A stretch of 64,000 nt of DNA, from NCBI RefSeq assembly GCF_022045235.1, contig NW_027266319.1:27590001-27654000 (forward strand), given 5' to 3'. The notes under the pieces are model-generated. The model was not told the origin of the DNA. It saw only the letters and a program-made list of their open reading frames with translations, and did no database searches. Origin of the DNA: Haliotis cracherodii. Its lineage: Eukaryota. The position numbers and the translations under genes were made by a program. Below, one piece after another: positions 50,436 to 61,546 of the stretch; position 1 is the first letter of the stretch, and each line of letters opens with the position of its first letter.

Positions 50436-51065
50436 GTAATGGTATATTCTTCAGGGATGCAACTTAACCTTGGTGATAACATATGGGAATCACACCCAAA
50501 AGCTTCAGGCCACACATTTTTTATTTTCGTTTCACTTTCCCGCAACCCCTACTGAAAAGCAGCCGGTCTAAGAAATAAATTAAGTATAAAAGTATTTATT
50601 TTTATTATGTGTCCCGCTGGTAATATAGACCCTCTTATGTACAATGCAAAGTGTTATTCATAAATTCATGTCTACATCACTATCAGTGATTCAAGAGGCC
50701 ACCTGCAGTTTTAAATCCATGGCAGAATGACTTTCATTTAAATAAATAAATAAATAAATGATTGAATTTTGTTATTTCTATTTTGACTGACCTTGTGTGG
50801 AAAAGCTGGAATGTGAAACATAAAATTAAAAAAGTGTGGCCTTAAATTCTAATTGATCCTTGTATAGGATACCTTTAGACAAATTGATTCACACGGATAC
50901 CCCACTGAGACTCAGTATACTGACTCCACATGAACCAGTCCTTGTTTTATCCCCTTAATGCCAAGTGCCAAGCAGGGTAACAACAAGTACCATCTTTTAA
51001 TATCCTTTGGCATGACGTGGTCGGAGATCAATCCCTAGTCTCATCTAAATCTCATCTTAGTGCTT

Positions 51066-51405
51066 GCTACCGCTTAACAAAGATCTGAGGACACCCCATA
51101 ACAGGTCATGTCAGAACGACCTTTCTGAACTTTGACTGACCAATGCAATGACTAACAAGAAGTCGACATTGTCAAACAGAAAGCAACTTTCTCGTGGTAT
51201 AGGTGATGAATTTGGCAGATTCAGTCTTAAAGCCCAGAACTGTTGTTCGGAATAGCCCATGTTAACCTTTTCCAAGGTTGCATGATTACAAAACACATTG
51301 CGACTGTCACTTTTCTGTTCTGGTAAGAAACGCCTTGGTTGGATGAAAGGTCGGTCTCTATGTGAGCCTTAATGGGATGTCCTCAGACCTTTATTTAGCG
51401 GTAGC
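51066..51405. mobile_element. MITE-like element with ~55-bp imperfect TIRs
   Basis: GCTACCGCT..AAAG.TCTGAGGACA.CCCAT...CGACCTTTC pairs with GAAAGGTCG...ATGGGATGTCCTCAGACCTTT..AGCGGTAGC. Confidence 0.7.
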
Positions 51406-51904
51406 GATTACTTAGATCTGATTTTATCAAATTGATCGATCCCCATCCACTAGACCAAGGTGAAGGCCTCTGATTTGTTTTGGTCTTGTTAACCTCTCTG
51501 ATGAAAGTCCTTATTTTAACCCTTTTATCTACCTGTTATGCTTGTTGCAAGAGGCAACTAACTTGATCGGGTGGTCAGGCTCGCTGACTTGGTTGATGCA
51601 TGTCATCGTATCTTGCGTAGATCAATGCTCATGATGTCAATCACTGGATTGTCTGGCCACGACTCGATTATTTACAGACTGCTGTCATATAGCAGGAATA
51701 TGGCTGAGTGCAGCGTTATAAACAACAAACAAATGATTGCAGGTCTGCATATTCGGCAGTGAGACGTTGCTCATGGTTTGATATCTAGCACTAGTTTGTC
51801 TGGTCTACGTATACGATGGTTACCTGCACCATTACATCTTTTGGCTGACAACCAGCAGCATCGTTTTTCATACATCAAAATATATGATTGTTATATTCTT
51901 CCAG

Positions 51905-52027
51905 ATCAGACCATTAAGAAATCTGCGAAGACTGCTGCTTGGCACTGTGACGTTTGTTGTTCCGGTCACAGTCACATTCATAGACCTCGTCGGATGTGTG
52001 GTAAAAGTCGAGGGAATTTCAATGCAG
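51905..52027 (+). CDS. IMMP2L: Mitochondrial inner membrane protease subunit 2, coding exon (TM segment + catalytic Ser box)
   Basis: IRPLRNLRRLLLGTVTFVVPVTVTFIDLVGCVVKVEGISMQ resembles vertebrate IMMP2L VPVAVTFLDRVACVARVEGASMQ (recalled). Acceptor TTCTTCCAG, donor CAG|GTAAGC. Confidence 0.92.
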
Positions 52028-52069
52028 GTAAGCAGATTGTATAACAAACATCTGAGTCGCATACTTTTT

Positions 52070-52310
52070 AAATAGGTCTTTAGCAACCCATGTTTGCCGT
52101 AAAAGGCGTTTTCGCTTGTCATAAGAGGCGACGTACGGGATCGGATGGTCAAGCTTGCTGACTTGGTCGATGCATGTCATCTTATCCCAATTGCCTGGAT
52201 TGATGCTCATGGTGTCAATCACTGGATTGTCTGGTCCAGACTCGATTATTTACAGACCGCCATCATATAGCTGGAATATTGCTGAGGGTGGCGTTAAACA
52301 ACAAACAAAC
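52070..52310 (+). mobile_element. SINE-like repeat family C (intronic); another copy at 51537-51732
   Basis: Family core and (AAAC)n tail. Confidence 0.88.
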
Positions 52311-52386
52311 TGATTGTATATGACTACATGACTGCAACAAATCGACTGGATGGCCCAGACTAACTCTGTTTGACCTGTTCCTGCAG

Positions 52387-52496
52387 CCGGCCCTGAATCC
52401 ACTAGGGGATGGCAGATCGGCAGTAGATTATGTGTTCCTCAACCGTTGGGCAGCAAGTGCATATCACTTTCAAAGAGGAGAAATTGTGTCACTAAG
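52387..52496 (+). CDS. IMMP2L: IMMP2L next coding exon
   Basis: PALNPLGDGRSAVDYVFLNRWAASAYHFQRGEIVSL resembles vertebrate PSLNP...DVVLLNHW...RGDIVSL (recalled). Acceptor TTCCTGCAG, phase-2 donor AG|GTAAGT. Confidence 0.92.
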
Positions 52497-53709
52497 GTAA
52501 GTACTTCTGTCAAGTCTCCTAATACTCACTGATGACCTATCTTTCACAGACACCAGTCCACATGGATGGAAATTATGATTGTGTAACAGAGAGTGTAGTC
52601 ATCCCGCAGATGACATTCTTACCTTGTCAGCTTGCTGATGGGGTTAACCTCTTTGGTCAAGTGTACAAGGCGTCCAACATCGGATCAGAAGATTCATTGC
52701 TTGAATCCCATCCCATTTTGTAACCATCACAAACCTGTAGAATTGCCCAGAGGCCAATATTTGGCAACAAATCTGCCGAAATTGTCAGTAAAATTTTCAA
52801 ATGGAAATTAAAAGGTTCCTATCTCATGTAGTTATAGTTCTAACTAATGTGATTGTTTGGTGACGTTTAGTCCACCTACAAATTAACCAAATAACACTAG
52901 ACCACCCAACCAGCATTTTTTAATTTTTACTGGTCCTGAAGAAAATATGCTAGGCTGTGTTAGTGTCTCTGAATGCATGAAGATAAGGGAATGAATGTGC
53001 TGGGCTGTGTTGTAATTAGTGATGTCATATACATATATTTCTATATTTGTGTTTTACATGATAAAATATCAGTTTCATGTGTAATTTATTTGTTTTATCC
53101 TGTTCCTTTATTTTATGCCATGTCTCTGGTTTGACTGTTACTTGCAAGTGTTGTGGATATGTGAGTGACACAATCAGTGGTCCCGCTGTCTTTTGAAACT
53201 GCCAGTCCTTGTGGACTGGCAACTCTAAAAATTACAAGTCCCCCTAATTTTTGCCAGTCCCAACTTACAACAAATAAAAAGAAGTATGAAAAGTTTTTGG
53301 TTTTAATTCTTTCAACATCATGTTCAGTGCAAAGATGTCATCTCATAGGTAACTTAGTTAGATCTATATGTCATTCACACAGACTTCAGTCACAATTTTC
53401 TCGTTATTTTTTAATATTTCGAGTTTTTACAACTGGCTATTTAACCTAGAAATAGACAAAGGGAAACCCTGATGGTAAAAGACAACCTGACTTTGTTCGA
53501 AAAATGTACTTATATTAATATCCCCAATGTTTTGTTCAACAACAAAGATCTATAAGGTACTTTATTTGCCGGTCCACGGGGAATGGCAGTCACATGAATT
53601 TATTACCAGTCCAAATCTAATTTTACCTACCATTAAAAATCTGGTAATTATACGGGAACGCTGACAAATCTCCATAGTCGAGATCAGCAGGAGCTAAGAC
53701 ATGTACATA

Positions 53710-53870
53710 CAGTGTTAGAAACTGGCACTAGTTCTGTAGTCCTTGCCAAACTGGACAATAGTTAAGGTATCATAAGGACTAGTAGAAATTTGCCATTTTT
53801 ATGGGTTTAACTACGGTATATGTTATCATTAAAAGGACAAGTGGATCTAAAACGTTAGTTTCTACTGCTG
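53710..53870. mobile_element. 161-bp MITE with CAG...CTG termini and 5-bp TSD (ACATA)
   Basis: TIR CAGTGTTAGAAACT / AGTTTCTACTGCTG. Sister copy at 54558-54718 with TSD TGTAT. Confidence 0.8.
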
Positions 53871-53959
53871 ACATACCTTCTTTTATTACTCATCCATGAA
53901 GAGATCACCTATTTAATAACAATGGCTATCAATACAGATCACAGAGATTGTTAACTGAC

Positions 53960-54045
53960 CATTCATCTGATGAAGGAGTAAGCATATACTCCGAAACATT
54001 GTGTTTCGTCATAATACAGACGTTGATATCCATAAATTCTCTTCC
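53960..54045 (+). ncRNA. Minimal hammerhead-ribozyme-like motif in a Penelope-like fragment (probably decayed)
   Basis: CTGATGA(A)-GGAGTA-loop-TACTCC-GAAAC at 53967-53997. The downstream tail resembles 61493-61522. Confidence 0.5.
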
Positions 54046-54557
54046 TTAACTATTGATCAATGACCGATAAATATTGGAGAAGTTTGAGCAAAAAAGCCGT
54101 AAAGAAATCAACATATTCACCCTCTGGTGAGTGGTGGCACATTTATGCATGGATTACCATGTGGACATTTAAGATATAACATAAACAGTTGCTTTCGTTT
54201 TCGGCAATTGACATGATTAACAATAACAAGTCTGTTTTGGTAAATCTAAACTTTACTTCATCACTATAGTTAATGTAAGATATTATCGATCACACAGTTT
54301 TCATATCGATAATCGTTAATATTTCTTCCCATCAACAATTTTTCAGATAATCGATCTTTTTAGCCAGCCCTAATAATGCACCTTTAGAACATATTGTGGA
54401 ATAACATCACACATGGATGGGACTATTTGGGGCGTCAGCTAGTCATTCGAATGGGGGCATCAGGAGCACTATGCAACTGTTGCCTGCAAAGTCAACTCTA
54501 CTCCTGACGGACAATACTATTTTCCATACACCATTGATGCTAAGACACACCATGTAT

Positions 54558-54718
54558 CAGCATTAGAAATTGACACCAGTCCTGAAGTCCTTGCCAGACT
54601 GCCCAATAGTTAGGTATCATAAGGACTAGTTGAAATTTGCCATATTTAAGGGTTTTGCTATATGTTATCATTGTAAGGACTAGTGAACTAAGTCCTGGTA
54701 TGTTAGTTTCCACGACTG
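54558..54718. mobile_element. Second copy of the 161-bp CAG...CTG MITE
   Basis: Colinear with 53710-53870; TSD TGTAT. Confidence 0.8.
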
Positions 54719-55829
54719 TGTATGCATCTCAGAACTGTATTATTAACATATTTTTCTTGAGTTTGTCCAATCCATGACTTTTTGCGCTTTCCTCTGACCT
54801 ATTGCAGAACTTGCTAACAAATATGTTTGAAACAGAGTATACACCTTGCAGTAGTGCGAGTATCATGGAATTCTACAGTCAGTCCAATAACTAGCATGAT
54901 TAATGAGAATGAACATAAATGAATGAGATACATTTCCTGTCACAAGTGTTTAATGTTCAAGAAAACATTGATAGCTGTAGAAATATGCAAGGGCTTCCTC
55001 ATTCTTTGTGGGTCGAACTTTCTTGGTTGAATATATATTTTATGAGTGTTTCTCAGTCACTTTACAGTAAGATTTGAGTAAATAGTTGTAGTTATGTAAT
55101 TTTTTTTATATATTTTCATTGTTGTCAAAGATAGTTATATAAAATTATAATGGAAAAATTAAGTCCAGCAGCATGATGTTTGCCTTAAAACTAATCAACT
55201 GATAAAAAAGTAGTTGACATCCCTAGCTTGTTGTAATGCTCTCATACAGGAGTTATTTCCCTTGCATTGAGATGTGTCATGGTGTGTGCCACCTCGATCA
55301 TATTACTATACTAAATCGGTTTAATTAATAGTTTTATGTTTGTAAAATGGAGTTATTTATGTGATATGAATTGATATAAATAAATATAATTTTTATTACA
55401 GCATGCTAAAACCTTTAACAATATTATTCTTGCCAAGTTGAAGTTTTATATCTTTTCAAAACATGACACAACACACATTAGAAAAGTCGGTCAGCAACAT
55501 CACTGACCAAGGATCATAAACAGTTGTTAACTAATTATCATACCTAAATGAGACAAGACGCTCAGGTCCGCTGATCATTAATATATATATGTTAAAAAGT
55601 CTTTTTACCAAAAGGACTCAAAACCTATTAAGAATGGATGCCAATTATATTGACTGTGAGCTCCACTGGATGCAAAGGATTAATGACGTTGGATTGACAC
55701 GATAATAATTAACTTGATGTATATATTTTAGATTTATCTGGTATTTCTGACAAATACAATGATGACAATAAACGTTCGAACAACCCAGGTCAGATTTTTT
55801 AACTTAATCACTAAATTTTGATTCAAACA

Positions 55830-56760
55830 AGGAAATCCCCATCCATGTTTTTAACAGTCCCTCAAATTGGTTGATGTCTTTGGCACTTTTGTTGTTGACG
55901 GGAATGTTGTTCGAAAGCTTTGGACTGGCCTTTGCAAAGCATTGGTCACCAAGTGACATAGTTCTGGTTGGGGACACTAACAGGAGCTGACTGTTACCAG
56001 ACCTGGGTGATCTTCTATGTCATGAAGTGATTTGTATACCAACACAAGTATTTTGAGTTTGATGCGCTTTGCGATCGGGAGCCAGTGTAGTTGCAATAGT
56101 ACAGGTGTAATATGTTCACTTTCTAGCATGGGTTACCACTCTGGCAGCTGCGTTTTGAACACGTTGAATCTTTGTGATCTGGTATTTAAGCAACCCATAC
56201 AGAAGAGCACTGCAATAGTCCAGTCGAGATGTAACGAAAGCCTGAATGAGAGCTACATGTAGATTGATGTGTTTCCTCAAGAGACTAATATTTCTGATAT
56301 TGTAGTATGCCAGTATGCAGATGTTTCTGATGTGATCATTGAGGCTTAAACTGGAGTCCTGTATAACCCCAAGATTGCTGCCTGTGTGCTTGTCTCTATG
56401 ACACTGTCACCAATTTTAAATGGTGGTGATGACAGGCTGCGCAGTCTCGATTTGGAAAATAAAATAAAGTGGCTCAGTCATGTCGTTGAGTTTTAAGTAG
56501 TGAGTGGCCATCCATTCTCTGATCTGAGCAACTCTCTTTGAGGCAGTCGCAAAAGAATGTCCTACTGATGTTCTGCAGAGAGGTTTGAATGCCATGTATA
56601 GCTGTGTGTCATCTGCGTAAAGATGAAACTGTAGATTCAATCTTCTGACAATGTCCCCCAGGGGTGATGTGTAGATAGTGAACAGGATCAGTCCGAATAA
56701 ATTTCTGTTGTGTTTTCTGCACAAAATGATTTGCCATACATACTGAATATCGAAGCTGCG
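55830..56760 (-). mobile_element. Decayed L2/CR1-type LINE, RT C-terminal half
   Basis: ILFTIYTSPLGDIVRRLNLQFHLYADDTQLYMAFKP contains the YADD catalytic motif, followed by frameshifted downstream motifs. A further L2-like C-terminal fragment (FKHLLKTHLFR) lies at ~58040-58130. Confidence 0.9.
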
Positions 56761-58348
56761 AATTCGGTTCCAAATTCAAATTAGTGCTGTTAAATCTACA
56801 GGTAACCTAGCTCTACATTGCAAACACAGCATATTTATCTCCTGAGTACATACAGTGGTTGTTAAACAAGGGGGGTAACTCTGCTTGGCTAATTTGTCTA
56901 CCAGGCCTCCTGTTGTCTGAGGAATGCTTTCAGTCTCACAGTATTTTCCCAGGCTGTTTGTCTCTTCAGATCCACAACCTTTTTTCAAACATCCAATTTG
57001 TCACAATTTATGCCTGTGGCATTTACCATGTTTGTTAAAGAAAAGTGTTTGAGATTTTTGTCCATGTTGGCAAGTAGCACAGTGATGGCAGCAGCCTGGT
57101 TGCTGATAAGAGCATGCAAACACAAGCACCTGTCAAGATTAGACTATGTCGCCGTTTCCAGAGAAAGACACCTTTTGTCTCTGTGACTGTAACAGACTGT
57201 AACATTAGTATGTGAGATTTGACTGATATCAGCCTGTAATATGTACTCCCCTTTGTAGCACCCTTGTATGATCATACTTTGGATGGAATCTTTAATGACC
57301 GTATTTCCTCTAAAAAGAACATGCTGTGTAATAGGTGCCAGCCTCCAAAAAGTGCAGGGTATGAAGCAGTGTACAACACGATAGTATGCCAGGTATGTTA
57401 GATTGATGTTATGTCTCTCTCTGTGGAAAAAATAAAAGCTTAGAAAAGGTCTTTAGCACCGCATGGCAAGAGTCTTTGGTTAAAGCTCCATTGTGTTTTT
57501 GTTGCAATTTCATATTACATCCAGTATGTTCATGTTCACTCTCTATCTTGAAATGATTTGAAGAATATCAAATTCTATTGAATGTCAATTTATTAGTAAC
57601 TACAGCTTATCGAACACTATAGATAATATATTAAGCGCTGGGTCTATAATTGCCACTGGGTCTTCATTACACACCAGGTTTTGAAGCTTGCTCAGTGTGT
57701 AAGTACTGGGAGGAGATACAGTGTGTGGAATTTACTTTTCTGGGAGCGTTCAAGACCCATGCAACTGACATGCTCTTTAGGCAGGATGGAGCTGCTAGGT
57801 GTGCACTGATGCTATCGTGAGTGAGTGAGTGAGTGTGGTTCTATGCCGCTTTTACCTATATTCCACCAATATCAGGGAGGGAATACCAGAAATGGGCTTC
57901 ATACATTGTACCCTTGTTGGGAACATTATAATAATAAAGATGATCAGGATAACATGATGATGATGATGATGATGATGCTTGTACCATACAACATATGCTC
58001 CAATAGCAACGAATAAAAACATGGACAGACTTTGGTCAAAACACCTGAAGAGGTGAGTTTTCAAGAGATGCTTGAACTGAAATAATGAAGCAGCAGATTT
58101 CAGATCCGTTGACAGGGAATCCGTAGATTGGCAGAGAAATGAGCAAATATCCGAGATCAGAATGCCGGTTGTAATTGCTTTGTTTATGATATTGCTAACT
58201 ACAGTGTTTATCAAGTGTTTGCAAAGCATGTCAATCAGGAATGTAACTTGCAATCTGTCAGCCTTTCAGCTTGGTGCCAGTGAAACCCAGTCTCTAGACT
58301 ACCAAGTAACAGCGTTATGAAGGTTTGAGGTACAGTTCGTTGTTGGGG

Positions 58349-58610
58349 ACCGTGAAGATCCGGGGTAGAAAAAGACTTCAGCAACCCATGCTTGCCGTAA
58401 AAGGCGACTATGCTTGTCTTAAGGGTGACTAACGGGATTGGGTGGTCAGGCTCACTGACTTGGTTGATACATGTCATCGTATCCCAATTGTGTGGATCGA
58501 TGCTCATGATGTCAATCACTGGATTGTCTGGTCCAGACTGGATAATTTACAGACCACTGTCATATATTCCTGAGTGCGGTGTTAAACAACAAATAAACAA
58601 ACAAACAAAC
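58349..58610 (+). mobile_element. SINE-like repeat family C, near full length
   Basis: ACCGTGAAGATCCGGGGTAGAA head through the (AAAC)n tail. Ten or more copies occur in the window. Confidence 0.9.
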
Positions 58611-59320
58611 TTGTGTTGGGGATTTGTTCTTAATTTTGTTTGCTGTGAATTATGTGGTGTTGTCAAAAATACAACCACTATATTTCAACCCTTTAAACTA
58701 CTAAATTAATTTCAAGGTTTGAAAAAGTAAACTGCAGTATTTTGGAAAATGAAGTTCTCATACAAATTGCATTGTTTACCCATTTAACCACCACCCACAG
58801 AATCTCAATTTTATAAAAAAAAAAACCATTTTCATCCCTGAATTTAATGTATGATCTGTTAAACCTCTGGTCACACTAAAAATTGTTTAAAAAAGTAGAT
58901 CGGAACAGGATTTTTTGTATTGAATGATTTATGAATAATATGGAAGTAAAAATGCCTTGTCATAGTTGGTGCACAGTTGCAGTCTGGTAACATGTTGTCA
59001 GTTGGTATGATATTCATGTATTCATCTGGGGACCACCCAGTTGCACCTGTGACCCTCTCCGATGCCACTTGTCGCAGACACCTGTCTTGTTCCATGACAT
59101 ATGGTTGTCTTCGACACAATCATGTTCCGTAGTCAGGGTCAGATGTATTTCACACTTCCTGATATTGGATATTCCGACTATAACGCCATGGTAACAGGTG
59201 TGTGTTCCGTGTGTTGATTCCGGGGTTTGAATAGGTCCCAGGAACCTTTGGTGGTCGTAAGATGCGACCAAGTGGATTGGGTTGTCGGCTCAGTGATTTG
59301 ATAGCTTGAGTGTCATTGTG

Positions 59321-59476
59321 NNNNNNNNNNNNNNNNNNNNNNNNNNNNNNNNNNNNNNNNNNNNNNNNNNNNNNNNNNNNNNNNNNNNNNNNNNNNNNNN
59401 NNNNNNNNNNNNNNNNNNNNNNNNNNNNNNNNNNNNNNNNNNNNNNNNNNNNNNNNNNNNNNNNNNNNNNNNNNNN
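59321..59476. other. Assembly gap (156 N)
   Basis: N run. Confidence 0.98.
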
Positions 59477-61317
59477 ATTTCTTCACATCCTTTATTGCAC
59501 ATTCAGTATAAAAAAATTAATTTGATTTCATACAATTCAGTATTTTGATTTATGTATTTCATTAAAACCATAACAAGAGGGTAGCTAGCCGATAATGCTA
59601 CCATATAATGTTGTTTTCCATGCACAACCAAACATCACTAAATCGCAAAATGAACACATGACATTTACAAAGCATGTCGAAATTACTGAAAATGTACATA
59701 TTAATTGTAAATTACCATATTTGTCTTTTTTTAAATAACCAATATTAGTATTTTCATTGCCCACAATATCTGTTAAATAATTACATGTGACATTTTTTGA
59801 ATTCTCGTTTCTAAACGTTTTTCTGGTGATTTCTTTCTGTTAAATTGAATGAAGTATTTTGGTGGTTTGCACAAGGTGAAAAAGCAAATATCAGGCAAAA
59901 GTATGATAATGTCTGTTTTTTGGTTTTTTTTCTATGTAGCACGTCTTCATGCAGTATATGGTTTCATAGAATTTCTCTGCATGCTTAGAATATTATATTT
60001 ATTCTAATTATTTGTGAAGCTATTGATTTGTAATACGATAAGAACAATTACTGTACAAATAAGGGTACAAAACTTAACTTGGCAGTGTTGAAAATAGGGA
60101 TAAATATACTTGTAATCTATGGCACTGATAAACATTCAAATAACAACTTCCACATAAAATGTACCAAGCATCACTCTAATGAAGCTCAAGAGGACATATA
60201 ATCACGTCTAAGTAGTCATCACATATATGTATTTCATGTTTCAAATTATGCTGAAGAACATTGTGTATGTACGGTAGCAAAGACATTTTTATACAAGATT
60301 TCTTTTGTCAGGCTGAATCAATGAATCCATAGGCCTTATATTTTTTAGTTGGTTTACAAGATTGACCAACATAAACAAAATCTGAAATTTGAAGAAGAAA
60401 AAATATGACTCTTGATGGAAAAAGTTTTGGCCAACTCTGTTTTGCAATTAGGTGAAATGAAAAAAACCCATAGATTTTATCACTGCTATTCGTAAGGGGA
60501 ATAATGGGTATAAAAATCTATATTCTAACAAAAAACAATTAAATATCTTTCAGTATGTTGCCATGTTAGAACTTGTTTGTTTTTCCCCTTGCATCAGTAC
60601 TAAACTGGAAGTTGAAATTATAGATATATATATCTTATATTTTCTTACTACTTTTATTGACTTTTGGACCAGTTTTATTTGTAAACCAACAAATAAACAA
60701 TACAAGGCCTAAATACTGAATATCACTGATTATGCATATCCCATATAACATTTAAATAATTTATGTCTAATTACATACATTAGATATGGACAAAACCAGT
60801 ATGAAATGAAACTGCTTAAGAAAACTGCCCTAATTTGAATGATTCTACTCATAATTCATTTCAATTATTCATGATTTCTACATATTGATGACATTTTCTG
60901 GAAGCTGTCAAGCATTGTCTTTTGATTATATTCCGATATGTATGCTAATCAACAATGATAATGATAATGAACAACAAACTTGCACCGTGAAACAATATAA
61001 ACAACAATATAATTCCATCTGTAACAAATCAGATATATACAGGTACATGCTGCAAGTATACAATGGACCTTCGCATGACAGGCGTTATGAAAATAGGCAA
61101 TAATACACAAGACTGAAATGCAGTGTGTCTGGAACAACTTGTCACTGTTAAGTCGGAAATCAAATCAGAGCTTGTTGAAATCTAATCCAGGCCACGTTCC
61201 ACAAGCAGTTCTAGCAATGTACACAAAATAGGGATGTCATTGATTGGAAATTTTAGTATCGATATATAAACTCAAAAGTATGATAATATATTGGTATAAA
61301 ATGAATTATTAGGTATT

Positions 61318-61546
61318 TATGAACATAACTTCTTTGAGTGGCATTTAGAAGTTGGAGTGATGAAGTAAGACGAGTTCTATGGATGAACAACTTCTTTATT
61401 ACAATTAGTGCGACGTTTCAGTGTAGTTCCTAACACCTTATCACTTGCTTGATAAAGGTGTTAGGATCTTCACCGAAATGTCGCACATATTGTAATAAAG
61501 AAGTTGTTCATCCATAGAACTCGTCTTACTTCATGTATGAACATAA
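61318..61546. mobile_element. Penelope-like remnant forming a ~175-bp palindrome (61360-61534) with 11-bp flanking direct repeats
   Basis: Arms pair almost perfectly. Each arm has TGATAA..GGTG/stem/CAC.GAAA.GTCGCA followed by AATAAA. TATGAACATAA occurs at 61318-61328 and 61536-61546. Confidence 0.7.
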
